A stretch of 51,036 nucleotides of DNA, filler included, from Dimargaris cristalligena (lineage: Eukaryota), in NCBI GenBank assembly GCA_003614675.1. It is 2 parts of 2 records of this genome, joined end to end, with 100 filler letters (N's around TTAATTAATTAA, not from the genome) between each part and the next. Parts side by side here need not be neighbours in the genome. Positions count along the whole stretch, not along the records: positions 25,569 to 51,036 come from ML002563.1; 1 more part is not named here. One strand, written 5' to 3'. Of the stretch, positions 44,123 to 51,036 are shown piece by piece (positions within the stretch are counted from its first letter, which is position 1; every line of letters starts with the position of its first letter). Both the position numbers and the translations under genes were made by a program. Below the pieces are notes generated by a model, which saw only the letters and a list, made by a program, of their open reading frames with translations, was not told the origin of the DNA and ran no database searches.

Positions 44123-45385
44123 ATGTCGAGCCCCGCGAAGACCACTGCCGAAATGCGCCAATCGCCGTACCCAACTTACGCGGCTGTGAATACCTCCGAA
44201 CCAACCAACATGGGAACGTTTCAATTCCCACCCCCGCCCGGGTACACTCTTTCCTCTTCCCCCACAATGTCCGGCATTTCGCAGGGGGTCTACCGCCACC
44301 AATCCGTGGGCCCGTCGTCCCCTGACCACTTCAGCCGCTACTATTTCGGGTCCAGCCCGGCCAGCCGGGCCGGCTCGGTAGAACCTTCCGAAGTGGGTGG
44401 GGGCTGTAGTCCCGCCCAGCGCTCATCGAACGGGTCCGAGCGCACCCGGGCCCCGCGTAGCCCCAATTGGAGTTTCCACGAAAAAACCATACTGCTCCAA
44501 CAGGTGATCATATTCATGCCGCAGGTCACCAACCGCGAGGATCACTGGCGTTCTATTTGCCAGTCCCTGCAGAGTCACTGTGGCCGGCACTGGGAGGTGT
44601 CCCAGGCGAAGCAGCAGCTTCGCGATTTAAAAAAGAAGTACAGTCGCGTACAAAACAGCAACGGCCGGGCACGCAGCCAGTCCGAGGTACCGGCCAATAC
44701 CACGTTTGAATTTCACGACTTGCTGGCCACCATCTTGGAAAAGGAGCGCGCTATCGAGGCTAGCGGCGGAGTCCACGCCGAGTATATGCCCGTGCCGATG
44801 GAGAACCAGGTCTCCGAGGACTCCGGTCGTATGGCCCTTCTCCGGTCGACCCCAAGCCTAGCCGGTTCGGTTTTCACGCCCCCCTCCCACCGTGGGCCAA
44901 AACGCTTCTCTCTAAGCCAACCTTACCCCCCACGCTGCGGTCCCTATCCTCTGGGTCGCCACCGCTCCGGCTCAGCCTCGCCTATTTTACTCCGTAGCAC
45001 TGGCCGCAGGGCCGCCGGAATCACTTCGGCCGCCTCCGTCGGCCCGACCATGCTCAACCCTATCACCTCCGCACCGGTCGCCGCCACCCCTACCCCGCGG
45101 CCCGGCCCTCACAACGAAGTCCGCATTCCCCCCATCTGCGCCGAGCGCGCCGAAGTCCAGGGTGGGCCTTTGCCCGCCATCCGCACTGCCTCACCCGGTC
45201 CCCGGTTACCGGACTCCGTCAACCTCGAGGCCACCATCGGCGAACTCAAGGCCCAAGTCGAATCGATGGTGGCCTTTCAGCAGGAGAGCGCCCGCATTCA
45301 CCAAGAACAATTCCGCCGGGCCGAGGAAGTCACCGTTCAACTCATCGAGAGTATCCAAAAACTGGCCCACGCGGCTCGTCGGTAA
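44123..45385 (+). CDS. Myb/SANT-like (trihelix/MADF-type) DNA-binding protein with C-terminal coiled coil
   Basis: RSPNWSFHEKTILL..HWRSICQSLQSHCGRHWEVSQAKQQLRDLKKKY..FEFHDLLATIL; accATG at 44123; heptad-rich C-terminus. Confidence 0.8.
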   Translation: MSSPAKTTAEMRQSPYPTYAAVNTSEPTNMGTFQFPPPPGYTLSSSPTMSGISQGVYRHQSVGPSSPDHFSRYYFGSSPASRAGSVEPSEVGGGCSPAQRSSNGSERTRAPRSPNWSFHEKTILLQQVIIFMPQVTNREDHWRSICQSLQSHCGRHWEVSQAKQQLRDLKKKYSRVQNSNGRARSQSEVPANTTFEFHDLLATILEKERAIEASGGVHAEYMPVPMENQVSEDSGRMALLRSTPSLAGSVFTPPSHRGPKRFSLSQPYPPRCGPYPLGRHRSGSASPILLRSTGRRAAGITSAASVGPTMLNPITSAPVAATPTPRPGPHNEVRIPPICAERAEVQGGPLPAIRTASPGPRLPDSVNLEATIGELKAQVESMVAFQQESARIHQEQFRRAEEVTVQLIESIQKLAHAARR

Positions 45386-48183
45386 ATCCTGGCCACCAGT
45401 CAGGGTCGCTTGGATCGCCTGTCTCTACCTTCGTAACCTCTCTCATCTTTTGTAAACCTTACCTTTTCCGATGCTTTTAAAGTTTGCGCATTCTTCTTAT
45501 GCCATGGCTATGCGTGATTACCTTCAACGAATGACTGGTCATTTTAGGGGTGGATTGCCTTAGCCATGCGCTTATCTTAGCTGGGTCCGGAAAGTAATTT
45601 ATCCGATCACCTCTCTTTGCCTCCTATTTTATTTACATCTTGCATCCTCCAACATGGCTCACTGGACTTCGGTCCTCTCGATTCGACATTTATTTTGCTA
45701 TTCATCATTGACACCTCATCCGATCACTCCCCCTTTTCTTTTTATATCAAACTGTTTACGGGCAACCGAAACTATTATGCATTGTCTACTACGCACTTCA
45801 CTCCCCCCCCCTTTCTTCAATTTATCCTCTAAATTCCACTAGCTTTGCACTAGGTTCCTGTATGTATTTTTAATGTCGAAAACCAACTTCAATCATTACC
45901 CGAAATTCAATAAATAAATGTAAATAAAGTGTTTAAACCCCAATCATGTTTCTTGTCAAACTCAATTTGTGAGCACCAACTCTATGCCACTGTTGGGTTA
46001 GTTGGCCTCATGTACCAGCCTAGTTCTGGTTCATTTGCTATGGAAGGTGCTGAATAGTAAACACCAGGGAAATGCTAGTTAGTCGGGGGGGGGGTCATAC
46101 TTATTGGGCCTGGTGGCCAATTTTGGTATTTTGCTCCGCAACCACGGGGCCCTATTTAGTCCCCTATATTGAGACGGTTTTTGAATTACAACCACCGTTG
46201 ACTACTAATTGGTTGGCAGCGGAAGCGTATGACAAGGAGGGAGGAAGGGGAGCTGGTTGGTAGGCTGTTTATTCAATAACACTGTAAGGGAAGGGAGTCG
46301 ATCAGTGGGGTATCTACCATTGACCAATTTGGTTCTAATTGGGTCATCCACTTTGTAATCGGCCAAACCAGGCAACTATTAACGCGGTTATATGACAGCA
46401 AGGCGAGGCCTAGTCAATTGTACTTATGGGTGGGATCGCCCACTTTGCTGCTCCAGTTCAGCCTCTCCCCCCTCTTTTCTACTTTTATGCCCCCACTCTT
46501 ATTCGGCCTGCTTCCCCTCCCCCCTATCAGTCGATGCCTGATTTAGGGTATGGTCCCAAGGGTAGTTGCTATTAGCTTGACTACCATATTGACGTCAATC
46601 GGTTCAATCGGAGGTGTCAACATTATCGGTCGTTCAACGTTGGAATTACTTCGCGTTGCCGAGGGAGTGGCCGTGGTTACATTTGTATTCAATGAGACGT
46701 CGCTACCAACGGGTAGAGAGGGAATACCTACATGCAGTCCAACTGGTCCATTTGGTTGGTTAACTCTCGACGGGATATAGTGAGACGATACGGCGAAATC
46801 CCCCCGAAACAGCCTTCCTTGCCATGCAAAGTAAGTACCAAGAAGTTCGAAAATCAAAAAGGGAGCAATAGTGATCCTGTGAGCTAGCCGTTGGATGAGA
46901 TTCTATACCAGGGGAGTATCCACAACCTGGATGACCGGGATTGCCACTGTACTTCTGGTCGGTGTGGTTACTTTTCTTGTTTGAGCCATTCGAGGGGCAA
47001 CTGTGGGGTCTGTTTCTCCAGGGAGTTGTCCCTTGGCCCAATTATCCATGGTTTGTTTACTGAGAGAGGGCAGATCACTTCAGTATATCGGGAAATAGGA
47101 ACACGTCCGTCTGTTCGGTTCCAGCAGCACCCTTGGTCCGTTTCGTTCTACCGCTAATTAGTCATTCGGTAAGGTGTACTTAGGCCAACCGCTTTTGGCA
47201 TGCCACTGCCCCCTATACCCCCTTCTGCCTCAACTGCTGGACTAGTAGCAGTAGACAGGAGGCGAGATCTAAAGTTTCTTAACCCTTTCCCATTTTTCTG
47301 GATGCGACTCAATCATTCTGCTGAAGTAGCCATCGGCTCCCCACGCCGTCGAGCCATACGGCACTCGTCTGTACCGTCACCACGTCAGCATTAATTACCC
47401 CCTTCTTCCCGAGAAATACTGAATGGAATGTACAGTCGTGAAAGACATTGGCTCGCATACACCCCCTAGCGAGGTGGTGGCCGCCGCCCTAACGGCCCTG
47501 CTTTGTGGCCAAGACAGTCGGCCTAGCTTCGGATATTGGGCCCTTTCGTCGTGTGGCTCCACTGGTTATTACTCCACCCAAGTCGGCGCCTCTATCCCCG
47601 GCTTTTCATTCCCCTCTCAAGTCAGCGTATTCAGTATAGAGTATACTTTATATTTACCATACCCCCTACTTCGCTTGATATGTTTACGCTGCACTTATAG
47701 ACGGGGCATAGTCCGTCTGGCTTTCTTTTCCCACTTGCGCGCTCATCCACCAGTGTCCCAACAGACTTCGGTCAGGAGAGGCTGACTGGGCCTGGTTGCA
47801 GCCATACTGAACCCCCGTTACCATGCACCCATCACAGATTGAGGATATACTCCTGGCTGCACCGGCGCTGCAGTCGTGCCCATGGGTAGCCAACCGGGTA
47901 GCTGATGCCTCTTTGCTTACGGGCAGGGGCATGGTGCCCTCGAAGGCGTAAAAAAATATTGATGTATTTAAGCGGCCCACTCGACCCTCGCCGGTAGCTA
48001 ACTGGTTTTTGCTGCTGCCCTGCCTCGATTATCTCAAATTCGACCCTCCTTCCCTTTCTGATATTCTCGTATCGGCCCCCGCTATAAACGAATCGGCGTC
48101 CCTGGCACACTGCCCTGTTCCGGTTAAAATTTAACCCCATTTGTATCCCTTTAAACGCCGCGTTCACCCTCGTATAAGCCAAT

Positions 48184-50103
48184 ATGGACGGCGCTCCCAT
48201 AACGGCACCCATGTCGAACGTGTTTCAGTCGAATATCACCATGACTATTACTGGTATGGCCACGGTGGTATTCCTCCACAACACCTACATCTCCGTCAAA
48301 CTCCTGAGCCACAATCGACAGCACATTTATCAATTGTGCTTCCTCCAGAGCATACTGGGGGCGCTGGCCAATGTGACCAACCTCATCACCTTTTTTTACT
48401 TTGACATTGCGTGCGATTTCCGTATCTACTTCTCGGCCGTGCTCAATCTGACCTCCACCACGGCCATTGATACCATCCTGCTGCTCAAGGCCTACTACGG
48501 CAACGATCCCTCCCGTTTCAATTCCCGGCATATCATGGTCCTCGGCATTGCCCTACAAGTGGCTCGTGTGGCTACGGGGATTGTCAATATCATCTATTTG
48601 CAGCCGTTTATCACCCCCATTCAAGAGTGCATGGGTCGTATCCACCACGCCACGTCCATCGCGGTCGGGGTGATTGAGTTCATTCTCAACGCTTTCCTGT
48701 CCCTGTGCTTCCTCCGCAGTATCTACGAGCAGTGGAAATTCGTGCGAACCCGGCTTTACGGGGCGCTGTTACGCGACGGCACCCTTTATGCGCTCTTAAC
48801 CCCGGTATGCAGTATCACCATCATCATTTTAAGTCTGTTCGGGGTCCTGGGCTTCAACTCGTCCGCGCTGTTCAACATTAGCTGGGCCATTGCTTCCAAA
48901 CTCACCGTGATGCAGCTGCAGCATGCCCGCCACATTAAAGAGAGCGGTCGGTCCCGCATCCGCCCCTCCACTTACCTCAAGACCGGTCCCAATTCCAATT
49001 CTAATCGCCAGTCGGCGGGCGCTAGCTTCCCATCCGGTCACGGCGGGGGAGGAGGAGGTTCCGGCCAGGGTAGTAGTACGGGAGGCGCCGGGAGTGGAGC
49101 AACGGGGAGCCAATCATGGTTTAAGAAGGCATCATCCCCCCAGTCCTCCTCCTCCGCCCCGCACAGCAGTTTCCATTCCGGAGAAGTTACGCCGGTCGCC
49201 ACCCCTAGTCAATTGGAAGGCGGGGGGTTTGGCTCATTGGCTATGGGCGGTAGTCCCACCACATCCGGTACTGCCGGTGCCGTCGCCTCCTTCACCACCA
49301 CCTCCGCGGATATGCAGACGGATCCCGGCCGTGACCCCGTCGATAAGAAGGCCAAGGGAAATTCAGAGGACCAGGTCAGACGGTCTCGGTCCACCTTACA
49401 ACATATCACCGCCGGCGTCGACACCGTCCGATCCACCATCTCATCCCGACGGGAAAATAACACCCGTCCGGTGGTGGATGACGACCTGGACCATCGATCG
49501 GACCCCGGCAGCGACGATGATGACGCCTCCCAGCTGGACGGCCAAACCATCCGGGCCCGTAAGCGGAAATCCCATTTACCCTCCACGCCGAGTGTCCCTC
49601 GATCTAGCGGGGTCACCACCCGCACCACCGACCGCGGTGGGGGCGAGGGCGATCTCCCCGAAAGGGAAGGCCGTGGTCGTGACCGGGGCAGACCCTCCCG
49701 ACCCATCAGTTATAATTCCAACACCCAGTTCTACCGCTCGACGGCCTCCAGTACGTCCACCCTGGACCGCGCATTCCCAACCGCTCGGGGTCGCTCCCCT
49801 CCGGACTTCGAGCCCCCGTTCTCGTGGGATAACGACTTCGAACCAACCTATCCGGTGCGGCATGTCCACAATGTTACCGATGATGAGCGGGGTAGTCCAC
49901 CCACTACTACCACTGCATTGGGCGATGAAAGGCCGGGGGGATTCAACCCCACCCGCAGTACCACTAACCCGTTGGATTTGGCCGCCGGACATTCGTCAGA
50001 GCGCGAGCCCCGCCAGATACACCAGAGCACTTACCTTACTCGACCCCGCCCTTCCCTGTCTCGCTCTAATTCGAGTCAACAATTTATTCCCAAGTTACCG
50101 TAA
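48184..50103 (+). CDS. orphan 7TM GPCR-like protein with ~390-aa disordered C-terminal tail
   Basis: Seven hydrophobic segments in the first ~245 aa; Cys at the top of TM3 (ACDFR) and in the TM4-5 loop (QECMG); LKAY at the end of TM3; Ser/Thr/Arg-rich tail. Confidence 0.75.
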   Translation: MDGAPITAPMSNVFQSNITMTITGMATVVFLHNTYISVKLLSHNRQHIYQLCFLQSILGALANVTNLITFFYFDIACDFRIYFSAVLNLTSTTAIDTILLLKAYYGNDPSRFNSRHIMVLGIALQVARVATGIVNIIYLQPFITPIQECMGRIHHATSIAVGVIEFILNAFLSLCFLRSIYEQWKFVRTRLYGALLRDGTLYALLTPVCSITIIILSLFGVLGFNSSALFNISWAIASKLTVMQLQHARHIKESGRSRIRPSTYLKTGPNSNSNRQSAGASFPSGHGGGGGGSGQGSSTGGAGSGATGSQSWFKKASSPQSSSSAPHSSFHSGEVTPVATPSQLEGGGFGSLAMGGSPTTSGTAGAVASFTTTSADMQTDPGRDPVDKKAKGNSEDQVRRSRSTLQHITAGVDTVRSTISSRRENNTRPVVDDDLDHRSDPGSDDDDASQLDGQTIRARKRKSHLPSTPSVPRSSGVTTRTTDRGGGEGDLPEREGRGRDRGRPSRPISYNSNTQFYRSTASSTSTLDRAFPTARGRSPPDFEPPFSWDNDFEPTYPVRHVHNVTDDERGSPPTTTTALGDERPGGFNPTRSTTNPLDLAAGHSSEREPRQIHQSTYLTRPRPSLSRSNSSQQFIPKLP

Positions 50104-50616
50104 TTCCCAGCCCACTTTCATTAATAGTCGTTATCTTCGTTAGTAAAGCAGTTTATTCCCTAATTCTCCCTGTTGTTTATTCATTTTAATGGGCTCATTC
50201 AGCTAGTCTCTAATTTTACCATACTACCAATACCACTTTGATAATTCCCATAAGATAATATAGGCTTTAGTTTGTCTAATCACCATGTATAATTGTTTCT
50301 GCATTTCCATTCATCTGTCCTTTGTTTTGGGAAAACATAATCAGCGAAGCAGATGGCCAATATTAGGATCAAAGTACCCTGCACAAAAAATAACACTGTA
50401 CCTGGTATAGGCGATCGATACCAGTGGAGTTAGATGACTATTGACATTTATTTACACTGAATTTACCAGAAATATGTAAACAATGGCATACGCAGGTTAG
50501 AGCATATAAATTAGACATTCTACTAAAAGATAACCGTAAATAGACCTATTTAGAAAACAGTATATATAAATATATGTATATGTATACGTTATATGTAAGT
50601 ATGGGTATGTACACAA

Positions 50617-50690
50617 NNNNNNNNNNNNNNNNNNNNNNNNNNNNNNNNNNNNNNNNNNNNNNNNNNNNNNNNNNNNNNNNNNNNNNNNNN
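50617..50690. other. assembly gap (74 N)
   Basis: Run of N. Confidence 0.99.
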
Positions 50691-51032
50691 AGCGGACCCA
50701 CCGGGTCTACCGAAAGGTGACGGGGGTAGGGAGGGACTTCCGTAACGGTGGCCCCGACCCGGCCGGCAGCGCTGTTGTTGGTACCAGTGGATTAGTGCCG
50801 TCAGTTCGGGGGCGGGCGCGGCGGCCCCGCAGGGGAAGGCGAACAGACCGATACTCAAGGAGAGTTCAGTGGGGTTGGTCAGGGTCAGCTGAACCGAGAC
50901 AGGCGAGTCGACCGGGTAGGCGAATTGGCCCCCCGGGGAAGTCAATGGGGAAGCCAGGTCGTTGGGGGTAGGAGCGGCGGTGCATCGGACGCTCGCGTCG
51001 ATTAACACCTCGGGTCGGGAAAGTTGGATGAG
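50691..51032 (-). CDS. partial gene at window edge; Ig-like strand pattern, possibly TRAPP-II Trs120-type
   Basis: Open GC-rich frame LIQLSRPEVLIDASV...YPVDSPVSVQLTLTNPTELSLSIGL running into the gap. The family guess is weak. Confidence 0.35.
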
Positions 51033-51036
51033 CTAA

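Noticed and set aside
46543..47157. Overlapping short ORFs upstream of the 7TM gene
   Set aside because: Mostly non-ATG starts, no codon bias or motifs; likely promoter/UTR DNA.
48923..50143. 406-aa alternate-frame ORF over the 7TM tail
   Set aside because: Stops in this frame need Leu/Val/Ile/Met codons ending A or G, which are rare in the GC-rich disordered tail. The product has no recognisable features.
1..51036. CRISPR arrays, prokaryotic operons, selenoprotein TGA/SECIS, U12 introns
   Set aside because: None seen by eye: no spaced repeat arrays, no in-frame TGA in conserved genes, and all inferred introns are U2-type GT-AG.

Overview
Eukaryotic, intron-containing DNA. It is most consistent with an early-diverging fungus (Zoopagomycota-like; inferred from gene content, GT-AG introns of about 170-440 nt and an animal-shared gene set). 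The window is two 25,468-bp pieces joined by an artificial 100-bp linker (N44-TTAATTAATTAA-N44, 25469-25568), so synteny across the middle is meaningless. The left piece has CpG-eroded, transposon-rich ends (LTR fragments, a solo LTR with target-site duplication, a 136-bp MITE, an eroded small secreted-protein gene). These flank a gene-dense core: EMC7, mitochondrial bL28, TMCO1, an Atg31-like gene, RNF220, syntaxin-8, pterin carbinolamine dehydratase, dymeclin and an unusual RNase H1. The right piece holds a dispersed 5S rRNA gene, a third MITE copy, NOPCHAP1/DUF4598, Cox18, a divergent HMT1/ABCB6-type half transporter, an orphan tail-anchored protein, Spt4, a Myb/SANT (trihelix-like) factor, an orphan 7TM GPCR-like gene and a partial terminal gene. 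Best leads: an RNase H1 whose hybrid-binding domain seems replaced by an acidic repeat with several SUMO-interaction-like motifs; direct evidence of CpG-methylation decay in repeats; a probably unnamed MITE family; an Atg31-like protein; and two orphan small proteins. All assignments come from reading motifs by eye; no database searches were run.
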